Both the position numbers and the translations under genes were made by a program. From assembly GCF_009914755.1 (NCBI RefSeq), contig NC_060931.1: a DNA stretch of 64,000 nt. One strand, written 5' to 3'. Shown here piece by piece: positions 43,230 to 57,228 of this stretch (position 1 is its first letter; every line of letters starts with the position of its first letter). The stretch comes from the human T2T-CHM13v2.0 reference genome, Homo sapiens. The notes under the pieces are model-generated. The model saw only the letters and a list, made by a program, of their open reading frames with translations. It was not told the origin of the DNA and ran no database searches.

Positions 43230-44385
43230 ATGAAATAGATAATGGAGCAGTATCAAATAATCTTATATCCATCGAATTAGTTCCTTTAAAACATTCCTTT
43301 TATTTTTTATTTATAGCAGTATGTAAAACCTTTAGTATAACAGGTTCTATATCTCTGGATGCCTTTACCAAGTGCTCGTCTGAACATGTGGGGAATGCAC
43401 TTCGAGGCCTCCGCCAGGCAGTGACAGAGCAGGGAGGGACGTGTTAGGGGAGATGTTTGCTAGATGCTTTTCTTAAGAGGTGACAAGTAACCCAACTGCC
43501 AGAAATCACCAAAATAAGAAGATACTAGGAAATGTTGGACTGTGGAGTCACGAGGGCTCCAAAACTAGAGAGAACGATAAACTATAGTTTAAACTTTAAA
43601 ACTACAGAGAACTCGGGGAAAGAAAGAGAGCAGGGCAACATTGTACCCTGATGAAAGTAAATGGATCAGTAAAGTTCACTTATGGGAATCACTCTCAGTA
43701 GGGACTCTGGCCACATGCCGTGCCTCTGCCCTCAGATCTCACAGGGCCTTCTCACTGGCAAATGCTGAGATGGGTGGCTGAGAGGTAAGTCATATCCCTC
43801 AGTATGACTCAGTATGACCCTCAGTATGGCTGAGGGGTAAGTCATAACCCTTAGTTATGCGGCAGCATAACTAAGTCCTGTAAACTGTGGCAGAGGTTCC
43901 GCTGGGTGGAGGACACCCAGCACGATCACAGTTCTACAGCTCATAACTTTCTTCCTCCAAATCGAATTTCTAGTTGGCCTCCACCCATTTTCGTTTCCCC
44001 TTTTTGACTTAGATGGTTTCTGTGTCCACCTCCATTATTGCATTTTCACGGTATAATTACCTACAATCATCTATTTGATTACCTTGAGCCATTCATCTTT
44101 CTACTATCCAATCTCTAATGTAGAGTAGGGGCTCAGCAAACATTGCTCTCTCTCATTCTTTTCTCTGTTCACTACTTCTTAGCTCAGATGCCATCTCCTC
44201 TAGGAATCTTTCTCTGATTCCTCATACACTGATCAAAGTATTCTTTCTTTGCATTCCTTTAGCGTTCCCTGTTTACCCCAACCCAGCCATTTTCTCTTTG
44301 TCTGTTTAAGTTTGTCCTCCCTAGAATGTAAACTCCATGCGGAAGGGACTGAGTTGTTTGTTTGATTGTGGATATGCAAAATTTT

Positions 44386-44690
44386 TAACTGTTTTATTGA
44401 GATAAAATTTACCTACATGAAGTTCACTCATTTAAAGTGTAAAATTAAGTAGTTTTTGGTATATTTACAGTTCTGCAGTCATCAAGATAATCTAACTTTA
44501 GAACTTTTTTATCATCCCAAAAAGAAACATAGCAGTCACTCTTCAACTTTCCCCACCTCCACTCCTCAGACTTCAGTGACCACCAATCTGCTTTTTGTTT
44601 CTATGGATTTGCCTACCTTGGATGTTTCATATAAATAAGATCACACAATATGTGGTCTTTTTGGCTGCTTTCCTTCACTTAGCATTATTA
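44386..44690 (-). mobile_element. Old L1M (L1MB/ME-like) 3' end
   Basis: ttttattgagata...ttcactcatttaaagtgta...accaccaatctgctttttgtttctatggatttgccta...ggatgtttcatataaat matches L1M 3' UTR hallmarks. Confidence 0.8.
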
Positions 44691-47126
44691 TGTTTTAATC
44701 TTTGCACTCTCAGTTTAGAAACAAATTACCTGGCACAGGAAAGACACTCATGAATTTTTATAAAAAAAAAAAAAACACACAAACAAATGCACTAACAAAC
44801 TCTAGCATTTTCTGGAGTTAAAAATTGTGCTCGAAATAGAAGTTATCTAAAAGGCTTTGACAACGCACTATGTTAGAAATAGTATTAATATCATCATTTC
44901 CTGATACCCTGTTTAGCAAGTACCAAATGTTTGTTCCCATTGTTTATATGTATTATTTGTAACTGTTTTATTGAGATACAATTTACCTACCATGAAGTTT
45001 ACTCATTTAAAGCATAAAATTCAGTGGTTTTTAGTATATTTACAGTTGGGATTGAGGTAGAGTACGAAAGAAGTAGTTGGGGAAGATGTCAGGTACATGT
45101 GGAAGTTGTCCTCCTGGACTCAATGGGGAGGCTGCTAGAAGTTCAGGGAGCTGCTGACACCCGGTGCTGGGCCCTGAGGCTTGCAGTTTGCACAGGGCTA
45201 TGGTGCTTCAGGCCTGCTCTTTGCTGTACCCCTATACCTCGCTCATCTCAGAAGAAGCAGATGTTCTTTCCACCCTGCCCCTAGCAAAACTGGAAAGGAT
45301 TTGATGAAGTTATGCCCATGTCTAAATGAACCATATCTCAAGCCCTCATAACTGAAGTTTTAAGAGAGGACAAAGTAAGACATTTCTAGTTGTGGAATTT
45401 CAGGTATCGGCTAGCCAGAAATGAGACTATTAAAAGAAGCAGGGAGTATCACATAACTTATCTGGAAGAGTCTGCTATTTTGACACCAAAAATTGAGGAG
45501 CCAGGAAAAAAGCTATACTGATTGCCCCATTTAGAGATGTGAGTTATTGGAGCCTAAAGTATATGGGAAGATATTCATGCAGGCCCTGCCCTTCCAGCAT
45601 ATAGACCAATGGGCATGGCTTCTGATCCATACAAATATTTCTACTTGCTTTCTTTTTCTACCATACTATCACCAAATGCAATATTAATGCAACATCAAAA
45701 TTCATTTTTACATTATAAATCTTCCCTTAATTTTGTATATGATAAGCGCTTACAGATGCAAATCATGTTTAAATAGAAGACATAATGGTTAAAAGAAGTA
45801 TGCCATATTGTAATAATTTTGCAAACAGCTGTTTCAAGTTAGCATGTGTGTATTCCCAGTCTTGTGTATATGAGATACAAGTTAATGTCAACAGTACATT
45901 AACAATGCAACTGAATTTAATTATGGAACTGGAAGTGCTATGGGTAGAGAGATCACATTTTCACTGAAAAGTAGAGGTAGGGTGATATCTGTTTCTAGTG
46001 AGTTTCAGATAGGTACTTTTTTCTTTTACACTCACCAATTCTATATTTTTTTTGCAACAGTGCAGTAGCTAAAAGATTTCTCTGCATGTTTTTTCCTAAG
46101 TCAAGACAGTAGATATATTCTTCAGCAATTTAATTTTGCAAGTAGCATTATATGTGATTTTGAAATATGAATCTGGGAAGTAAAAAGAGGACTGCAAGGC
46201 ATAAGATTGATACTCATACTTTTGTACAAAGCTGTGTCTGGTATTCAGAACAAATGAAAAGCTTTCTTGCTTTGTTACCAGATGACTCCCTACTGTGTCC
46301 AAAATTCTTTATTTTACTGCATTCTACTGTTTGAAATCCTTTCAATTAGTGAAATCACTTAAATTAACCTCCAGGCTCTCTTAAGATGCTAATATCTTTG
46401 GGAGGGTTGGGGCTATTAGACATTTACGATATGAGTGAATTTAATCACATTGTTTTTCTACCAATAGCTGGCTAAATTCCATGCACTGAGTAAATAAGGG
46501 GAATGGGGTGTAATTTTGAAGGGAACCCTTTTAGGAAAAAGATTCCTGTGGAGGAAAGGGGAGCCTGAGAAGCAGAGGGACATTGACTGCCTAAGGGTCA
46601 CTGTGACCGAGCGCTATCCTGTGCCAACTTCACCTCTAAAGACTGAACTTTAAAATCACTTATAGTTGAGCAATGGATTTGGCATATAGCTTCTCTGAGG
46701 AATTGCTAGAGGAATTTGAACTATTTACTTGGGAAAGCAGAAACTTCAGAGATGACCTGATTGGGCTACTCCCATCACCCACTGTTTTGCATTTTATCAA
46801 TACAGCATAGTCAGAAGACCTAATAAACACATTTCTTGAGCCTCCATCTGGCCATTTCCTGGTTTCCACCACGGCACAAAGCAGCACAAGATTTTCCTTT
46901 ATAGCACTGCACTTTCAAGCAGAAGTCCACTGCATCTAAATGCAGACCACCTAGATGGTTGCCAAGGAAGAGAAGCAATTGTTAAAATGGAGACAGTTAC
47001 CTGCTTAAAAGTTGATAGAAATTAAAAGTTTATATTCATCCTTTATTGCTCAGAGAATCTGAATACTCTTTCAGTGCCATCTGGCTGAGATGCCAACTAT
47101 CTCATGCTATAGAAGAATATTTTTCT

Positions 47127-47440
47127 CTTCCTTTTTCTTTTTTATTTATTTTTAGTTTAATTTTTTGAGACGGGGTCTCAAAAGACTCATGAGACCCCGG
47201 ACTGGAGTGCGGTGGTACAATCACGGCTCACTGCAGCCTTGACCTCCTGGACTCAAGCGATCCTCCCACCCCAACGTCCTGAGGAGCTGGGCTACAGGTG
47301 TGTGCCACCAAGCCCAGCTAGTTTTTGTATTTTTTGTAAAGATGGGGCTTCATCTTTTTGCCCAGGCAGGTCTCACACCCCTGAACTCATGTGATCCTCC
47401 CACATCGGCCTCCCAAAGTGCTGAGATTACAGGTGTGTGG
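47127..47440 (-). mobile_element. AluJ-like, slightly 5'-truncated
   Basis: Antisense Alu with J-type diagnostics (gcagccttgacctcctgg.ctcaagcgatcctccc). Perfect 15-bp TSD GAAGAATATTTTTCT at 47112-47126 and 47441-47455. Confidence 0.92.
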
Positions 47441-50400
47441 GAAGAATATTTTTCTGAAAAACACACTGAAAAACCAGGAAGATTAAAGAATGCAGTGGTG
47501 GCATTCTATCTTCTAAAGGATTTTCTAAATTTGACTAGATATGCTCATTGTCTTTGGCCTCCATAGACAGAAGGCAGTTTAGTGACTTGAGGATAAACTA
47601 CAAAAATTCTATCCTTTGTCTCTAGCATGCAAATAAAAAGCAAAAGCATAACTGTTACCTAAAGAGAATCTGCTCCACTTTGCCATGTTTATTTCTATAT
47701 TGTCATAAAATGCCTGCTGGCTAAACTCTTGTGGGGAACAGGATTCAAAAGCTTAAAGCATCATTCTTATGGTTCCAAAATAAAAGACAAAGGAGATAGT
47801 AAAAGAACATGAGAAGAATAAGGAAAGGGAAGAAATGACAGCAATAAAAATTAAAAGGAGAAAGAAAGAGGAGGTTCAGAAACCCTAAAGAAATGGTGGC
47901 AGATGTCATTTGGTGTCATGATTATCAGTCAGCAAGACTGGTCTAGAATTTAACCACAGTTCAGCAAGTAGATTTTGGAGGTTGCCACAAATGGGCAGCG
48001 AAGGGTCACTAAAATGTTTAATTATCCAGATGTGTGTCTGGCTTTACAGCCATGAAGTGACTGCATTGTCAACAGGATACAAAGATGCCGTTAATCAGGG
48101 ACAGGATAATGGTAGTCACAAAAGGAAAATAAATGTCATATTTCATACAAACTAATCTGATTAGTCGTACTTTTGAAACTGCCTTTTGAAAAGAACTAAT
48201 GCTTTTCTCAGTTTAGTCATCAGAATCATGAGTTTTTTTGCTTCAGAAATAAACCTAACCACTGTAACTCATTTGCTTACTGTATTTCTCACATTTCTTA
48301 GTAATAAAAGTTGTCCTAAATTCTGATTCAAATCTTCCCAGTTTAAGTTATCAAACTATTTCAGTGAGTACTATATTTTCATTACTTGGTCACGATTCAA
48401 CTTTCTCTCAAAGATACTTTCCTAATTGCTTTACACTAAAGACGATTAGTCTGGAAAGCTAAATTAACATCTGAAAATTCATTTCTGTTTTTATCAATTG
48501 CCAGTACACATTTAAAACAGAAGCTATTTTCAATCATCATGATTTGAAACATGGAACTACCAGATCAAATATGATTGGCCTCATAATGTACCAGACAGTG
48601 CATGCAACTACTAGAATTACTGTGACTGAACATCAATACCAAAGAGCAACTGCTGTAGGCCGGGCAAATATTTCAATAGCTGACATCAAGTCTTAACTGG
48701 CCATGGCCCTTAGGCAGTGATCCTGACAAGATCAGCTGTTTCCCAGCACTACAAACTTACTATGCGTGGATTTCTTGTCCATTGTTCTTGTCTTCCTGTA
48801 TTCCTGGTTTCAAGCTAGTAGACTATCTGGAGTGAAGATAGCTGACGTTGCTGTATAGTCAACCTGCTTAGATAGTGTCAGAGCAAATTACTGCAAAGTA
48901 ATTGTAGGAAAGTATAAAATTGCACACTGTGGGTAAACACTCCCTGGCCAGACTAGGTGGCATTCTAAGGACATTCAACAAGGGAAACAGTATGCTTGCA
49001 AGACTTTAAAAAAAACTGCCACAGAAATGAGTATGATCAAACAAAAAAATAATAATTGTATGTGGTGGATTCTTGCTGAGGCCTCTAAAACCTCTAATAG
49101 ATGCACTGAGAGATGACAGGAGACTTACAAGCGTGGCTCAGTTCAAAGAGTTAGGATCAAGGATTTCCAAAGTATTGTGCCCATCTACTCATGAATCCAC
49201 AAAACTGAATAAAATCCTCACAATCAAAAACAATATGTTGTTTTGAAATATTAAATGAAAAAACAGATTACTAAAGCAATATGTACATTATGATACTTTT
49301 GTATAAAATATACAAAATTGAGGACGAAAATCAAAGGAACACATGAAAGTGTCAACAGAAACTATCTCCGGTCTTGGGATTACAAATGATTTTTCTTTTT
49401 GTTTATTAGAATATTCTAATCTTTCTACAATGAATATATATTAAGATGGTTAAAAGTTTTGAAAGAATAATCAAGATATTTTAAAAATCAGATTCTGTAG
49501 GAAAATAAAAGTGGAAACATTTAATAAATAATAAAAACACAACCCCAAAAGTCCTGACATTGAATGGACCTAATCAGTAACAATGACAAGTCTAAGAAAT
49601 ATGTCTTTTTTATGGAATTTCTGGTTAAAGGTGGTGGTATAAACATGAATATTTACTTTTGCTCTTTTCCAAAACTCCACAATAACAATAGTAAATTAAT
49701 GTTTAAAGAACATATGTCTAAAAGACAAAGAACAATACAGGAAACACAGCAATACAGCTTTGAAAACTGTAAAGCAGATAACTGAGTAATAACTGAATTA
49801 TCAGACTCAAGTAAGTAGAATCCTAAGCCATTTGTGGAAGGTCAAGAAGCCACCTGTTCAACACCATAATATTTCTGAAAGTCTTAGAAATTGGGACCAC
49901 TACAAGCCCTGTAAGTTGAAATGAAAGTAAGGCTAAAAGTAAAAGGACTGGCTGAACGTTTAGGAAGCAGTTAGACCCTCAAATTTCTTCCCTCACTAAA
50001 GGGAGCTTAACAAGTGTCCACGAGACCCCAGCAGAAGATGGTGGCTCCACTCTTTGAAGAATGTAAGATACAAGATATTTGGACTGAAGGACACCAAGAC
50101 AAGTGAGAATTCAGATATCAATCTTTAAAAAAAATTTAGACAGTGAATGCTAAGACTTCTTAAGCTCTCTTCTACTAGACCGAAGAACATTAGCCAACAT
50201 CATCAAAACAGAAGACTAAAATATTCTTCTCTGGAGAAACCAACCAACTAAAAGACAAGACATAAATATACTGACATTGAAGATTTGCCAATAATGTCAC
50301 CCATCAAAATCATCCTAAATTAAAACCCGAAGTCAATAAGTCCCACCCACATGGTCTGAGCATCTAATTGGCTTTTAAGTACTCTTTCATAATCATGAGC

Positions 50401-50561
50401 AACAACCAAGGATTACTGGACATCTGACGCAAGTTCCTAAAATGACAGAGACAAAGAAAAACAATGAAATAACTTGGAAGAAGCAGGAGGAGAAAAATTT
50501 CAGAAAATGTCATTGATACATTGAATTAGAATAATGTCCCCTCCTCTAATATGTCCACATC

Positions 50562-51281
<720 letters not shown>

Positions 51282-52747
51282 ATGTCCTAGTCCCTGGAAC
51301 CTATGAATATGTTACATGGCAAAAGGAACTTTGCAGCTGTGATTAAGTTAAGGCTCTTGAGAAGATTTTCCTGGATTATTCATGGGGTTCCAATGTAATC
51401 ACAAGGTCCTTACAAGAGGGAGGCACAAGGGTCACAGTCAGAGAAGAAGATATAACAATAGAAGCAGAGGAACAGGAGATGTCACAACAGAAGCAAAGGT
51501 CAGATTGATATATGGAAGGAACCACAAGCCAGGGAAAAGAGGTAGCCTCTAGAAGCTAGAAAAGGCAGGGAAACCAATTCTCCTCTAGAGTCTCTAGAAG
51601 GGACCCAGCATTGCTGATCTGTTGTAGATTTCTGATCTCCCAAACTGTAAGATGGTACATGTGTGCTGTTTAAACCACTCAAAATGTGAGAATTTTTTAA
51701 AGGAGCAATAGGAAACCAATACATAATATAAAATGATAAGATAACATAGCACACTCAAAATTAAAACAAGTTATGTCATTTTTAAAAGCATGCAAAGAAA
51801 CATACAAAGAGCTCTTAGAAGTCATACACATACATAAGCACCTGCACACATATATACAGGTCCACACATACACATGTATACTAGCAAAATGAAAAAATAG
51901 AAATCTATAAAGATGTAATTGAGAAAATCACATATAAATGAGAGAAAAACATACAAAAGAAAATACAACAGAACAGTTACAAAACTTAAAGAATCAGAAA
52001 GTTGATCCAATGTTCATAAAATAGAAAATTCAGGAGAAAAAAGTGGGAGAAGGGAAATCAATAAAAATAATTTGAAAATGTTTTTCTACAAGCAAAAACA
52101 TAGGTTCCTATATTGAGATAGGCTACTGAGTGTCTAGACCAATTGATGAAAATATACCCACATGTAGTCACATTACCATGAAGTTTCCAAACATTACAGA
52201 GAAAGAAAAGATCCTAAAAGATAACCAGAGGAAAAAAGGGTCTGGAATGTTTCAGTAGTAACCATGGAAGTTAGGAAACAATGGGGAAATGTCTTTAACT
52301 GTCTGAATGAAAATTATTTCTAACCTACAATTTGATACCTAACCAAACTATCAGGGTAGGATTACGCTATTGTAAAACAGGTAAATTCTAATAAAAATTT
52401 ACTGTACATATGCTTTTTATCAAGAAGCTACAGTAGTATGTGCTCCACTGGAACAGGACAGTAAACCAGAAATGAGAACTACACAAGATTCAGAAAAATG
52501 AGGTCTCTATTTAGAAACAAGGAAAATATAATCCCCAGGATGAAGGAGAAGAGGATCCCTGGACAGTGGGGCACCAGGTATAAAAGCAACCATTCCAGAT
52601 TGGAACAGGTCAGGGGATGTTTCAAGACACTGTGCCAAAAACATGGAATTGATAGCACTTCTCATTCATCAGAGGAGATTTAGAAAACTGGTGAGGTTCG
52701 GAGCTTGATTCATGACAAGCATACAGAAAGCTAAGCAAATGGGAACT

Positions 52748-53069
52748 CACAGAGTGGTGAGTTACCAGAGGCTGAGGATGGAGGAGGAACAGGAAGATGT
52801 TGATCAAAGAGTAGAAAGTTTTAGTTTGACAGGAAGAATAATTTTTTAAATTGCACATTATGGTGACTATAGTTAATAATAATACATTTTTCAAAATTGC
52901 TAAGAGAGTAAATTTTAAATGTTCTTACCACAAAAAGGTAAATATTTGATGTGATGGAATGTTAATTAGCTTGATTTAATCATTCCATATTGTATACATC
53001 ACATTGCTTTGTACCCCAAATTTATATAATTATAATTTGTCAATTTATAATAAAATTTAAGAAAAGAAA
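52748..53069 (+). mobile_element. L1MA-like 3' end
   Basis: gttaccagaggctg...ggtgactatagttaataataat...aaaattgctaagagagta...gttaattagcttgatttaatcattcca then an A-rich tail. Confidence 0.82.
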
Positions 53070-56000
53070 ACTAAGTGGGGGAAAAAGGCAAGTGAGGAAA
53101 AGGGAAATAATCACTGTTTACCATATAGCTTAGCAAAAATAACATTACATGTCGTGATAATATAAAAGCTCACTAGTGATCTAACCACAATTTCAAGATA
53201 TCTATATTCAAAATGGAAAGGATAAGAAAGTACACATGTGCAGGGATGGGGGTGAAGATCACAGATAATGCCTAAAATTTAAAAAATTAAGAAGCAATTG
53301 CTTCAGTATTAATATTTAACAAATTGAAGAAAAATATCAAAAGAATCAGGTCAAAGAGCTGCAAGTTGTTATTCCTGGGGAGGGGAAAATGGTAGGGAAG
53401 TAAGAAACTTGTTTTTCTTTGCAAGACCTACAGAATTGTTTATTTCATGAATGTGATTTTTAAAAATCTATGGTACTGTTACGAATGTAGTGAGAGGATA
53501 TTTTATTTAAGCTGTTTTGCAAAGTTTGATTAGCCTACTGAATAGTACAGTTTAAATATTAATATAAGGAAAGGAGCCTCAAAAAAATTTCAAGATTCAC
53601 TGCAGGATACTGCATAAAACTAAGGGAAATAATCCTGGTTGAGCTTAATCTTTCTAGGTGGTTCTTCTGTTTTCTCCAGCTGTTAAACATATTTATGACT
53701 TTCGACTCCTTTCTTTTGTTCATTTTTGAATTCCAAGCAAGACACACCTTACAGCAAGCAATTACCAAAAATAACCCTCCATGGTAAATGTTATCAAATC
53801 ACTTAAATTATTTTGAAAAAAATGTAGCATATTTCCTCTACGCCATCACAAGCAGTCATAACCTGTTTTGTCAAGCGTGAAAATCTATGCAAATCTATCC
53901 ACAAATAATTGTGAATCTTATATGAATCAAAATATTTCTTCAGTATTTTTATGAGCATCTACATACAGCAGTATTATAGTTCTCAAATACAACCTATTGA
54001 TTTTAGGCCACCTGCTGTTTATCTATTTTGTGATTTAAATCCCATCCAATTTTCCAACCTCATGTTGATTAGGCCACCTGATATGCTTCTGGGCCACTTG
54101 CCTGAGATGACAATGTGTGAGGAATCATGAATTAATTTTAGTGTTGCCAAAGGAAACCACAAACAGAAAAACAACCCAAATAATGTGTTCTAAGGTTAAA
54201 AAGGTAGAGGCGGACATTATTTAGAAACACTATAATTTTTGGTGAAATCATCCTCTCTGATCCATTGGGTTAACCCATACAGCTGAGGGTGAATGACAAT
54301 AAGAATCCTGCTCTGTCTCAATATGGCTTCTAAGTACAGACACGGATAGGGCTTCCATGGGCATTAATAAGTCCTATGCTAACCACTCCTCTTACACTGC
54401 CGCTAATTATCACTGCATAGCTTGTCTTTTCTCAGAATACAATCCAGAGGATTTGCAATATAGTTATCTTGCCTACAGCTTCTGTGATGGTTCTTAATCT
54501 GCCTGTCTATTTTGAGGGCTTGCAATACTACATTTTATAGTAGGTAGCAGAACTGAGTAACTTGCCCTCTGCCCAAGAAAGTGAAGATTTCCTGTGACAT
54601 TTCTGTACTCTCATTTCTTCCTTCTATGGTGAAGAATATGCTCCTCTATTTCCCACCTCACTGGTTGCTCCTTCCCTGTGGAAAAAGAGTGGCCAGTCAG
54701 TTGGTCCTCATCACGAGTGGGTGACTCAAAAGATGGTTCCACTTTTCCTCTTCATAGATCTCAGTATCCTCAATTATAGTGAGCTCTCCTCTCCACTGCC
54801 TGTTGCCTCTTCCTAGTTTCTTCTCTCTGGCCCAGCTTTTGAGCCTAATACTGGGTAGATATATCAGATCAACCTTGCTTTGTCAGCCTGCAGTCTTCAT
54901 TTCAAGGGGAAGAAATAGGAAATTTCACTTTGCATAGTAAAACAATACTAGGAAGCTTTATACTTAATAAACCTGATACTTTGTCCCAACTGGTTCAGTT
55001 CTCTCTGTACATGCGTTAGTCATCAGAACCCCTGGGGCAAGGAGGGGAGTGGAAAATGAAGGGTAAGATTCCAGCACTGAACCCCACCCCGGACTGCCAA
55101 CAATTACCATAAGATTAAGATATGCTGAGGGCCAAATCAGTTCCTGAAGGAAAACTCCTTTCAGCCAAAGCCTGCCATAACTCCGTTAACCTATAAGGCA
55201 AATATTAGTTCTCTCCCCAAAACAGCATTAAAAAGTGGCTCCACTGTGTTTGTCTGGTGCTGGTTTCACAAGTGTGCCCTGGGGATTTCAGACAATAGAC
55301 TGGTGCTAAAGTAGCAACTGGAATCCTTTACCCAGCCGGCTAGACTCCGACTCCGTTCTGGCATCTAGCCCAGTATATCAAAATTGTGGTTTTCAGTCCA
55401 TTTTGGAAGCTGCTTCACTAAGCCATGTGACAACCCCAAAAGTTGGTCTGGCACCAAAAGATTCATCAGATTGCAAACTTGAGAGCCCTCAAGTCGGCTG
55501 TTTTTGTATTGATGCCTCCCTTCCCATAATCATTAACAGAAGGTGAGAGGGCTGCAGTTGGAACACACCTCACACCTATTATGCAGTTTGTGTTTATGTC
55601 TCTGAACCCTCGTAAATCTCCCAGGCTCTGAGCACTTGCCTACTCAAATAAAAAGCATTCTCTGGGGAAAACTCCAGTAAGAGTTTGAGTTATTAGACTA
55701 GCTCAACAAACTTACCTGGAAGAAGCACATGGCATGGCTACAGGTTAGTCAGAAAGATTTAAGAGTCTCAGTTTATTTACTGATTTTAACACTAGCAGAA
55801 ACCGAAACTGTGAATACTCTCGACATAGCCATCTGGTGGTCCCCTTGGAACTTGTGTAAATCACATGTCACATACTAATGTAACGTAGTAGGTAGAGGTC
55901 ATGACAAATTGCCAGTTGAGAAGTGGTAAATTAGTAGATTATGTCAATGCTGACAGCTCTCAACTTAATGCTTCATTGATTCCACTATTCTTGTAAGAGA

Positions 56001-56768
56001 TTCCTTGTCTGTTAAAACAACCACCACTTAACCATTATTGAATGCCTACTATGCATTCAGCCCTGTGGTAGGCAATAGGAGTTGCAAAAGAATTATTCAT
56101 ACTCCTTGATTTCAAGACGTTTTATCAGTAATATAGACCAATGCAACAGAACAGAGACCTCAGAAATAACACCACACAACTACAACCATCTGATCTTTGA
56201 CAAACCTGACAAAAACAAGCCATGGGGAAAGGATTCCCTATTGCGTAAATGGTGCTGGGAAAACTGGCTAGCCATATGCAGAAAACTGAAACTGCACTCC
56301 TTCCTTACACCTTATACAAAAACTAACTCAAGATGGATTAAAGACTTAAATGAAAGACCTAAAACCATAAAAACCCTAGAAGAAAACCTAGGCAATACCA
56401 TTCAGGACATAGACATGGGCAAAGACTTCATGAATAAAACACCAAAAGCCAAAATAGACAAATGGGATCTAACTAAACTAACGAGCTTCTGCACAGCCAA
56501 AGAAACTACCATCAGAGTGAACAGGCAACCTACAGAATGGGAGTAAATTTTTGCAATCTATCCATCTGACAAAGGGCTAATATTCAGAATCTACAAAGAA
56601 CTTAAACAAATTTACAAGAAAAAAACAACCAATCCCATCAAAAAGTCAGCAACGGATAAGAACAGACACTTTTCAGAAGAAGACAGTTATGTAGCCAACA
56701 AACATATGAAAAAAAGCTCATCATCACTGGTCACTAGAGAAATGCAAATTAAAACCACAATGAGATAC

Positions 56769-57208
56769 TGTCAGGCCTCTGAGCCCAGGCCAGGCCATCG
56801 CATCCCCTGTGACTTGCATGTATACATCCAGATGGCCTAAAGTAACTGAAGATCCACAAAAGAAGTAAAAACAGCCTTAACTGATGACATTCCGCCATTG
56901 TGATTTGTTCCTGCCCCACCCTAACTGATCAATGTACTTTGTAATCTCCCCCACCCTTAAGAAGGTTCTTTGTAATTCTCCCCACCCTTGAGAATGTACT
57001 TTGTGAGATCCACCCCTGCCCACCAGAGAACAACCCCCTTTGACTGTAATTTTCCATTACCTTCCCAAATCCTATAAAAGGGCCCCACCCCTATCTCCCT
57101 TCCTGACTCTCTTTTCGGACTCAGCCCGCCTGCACCCAGGTGAAATAAACAGCCATATTGCTCACACAAAGGCTGTTTGGTGGTCTCTTCACATGGACGC
57201 GCATGAAA
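56769..57208 (+). promoter_or_regulatory. HERV-H 5' LTR promoter (LTR7Y-like)
   Basis: TGTCAGGCCTCTGAGCCCAGGCCAGGCC start. CCCCACCC (KLF-type) motifs at 56914, 56949, 56980 and 57083, TATAAAA at 57073-57079, AATAAA at 57144-57149. The LTR7Y assignment is from recalled consensus. Confidence 0.8.
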
Positions 57209-57210
57209 TT

Positions 57211-57228
57211 TGGTGCCGTGACTCGGAT
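57211..57228 (+). other. Primer-binding site complementary to tRNA-His
   Basis: TGGTGCCGTGACTCGGAT, 2 nt after the 5' LTR. This PBS defines the HERV-H family. Confidence 0.95.

Noticed and set aside
47072-47087. Second CTCF-like site (CAGCCAGATGGCACTG on the - strand)
   Set aside because: It mismatches a near-invariant C of the core and is better explained as a plain E-box.
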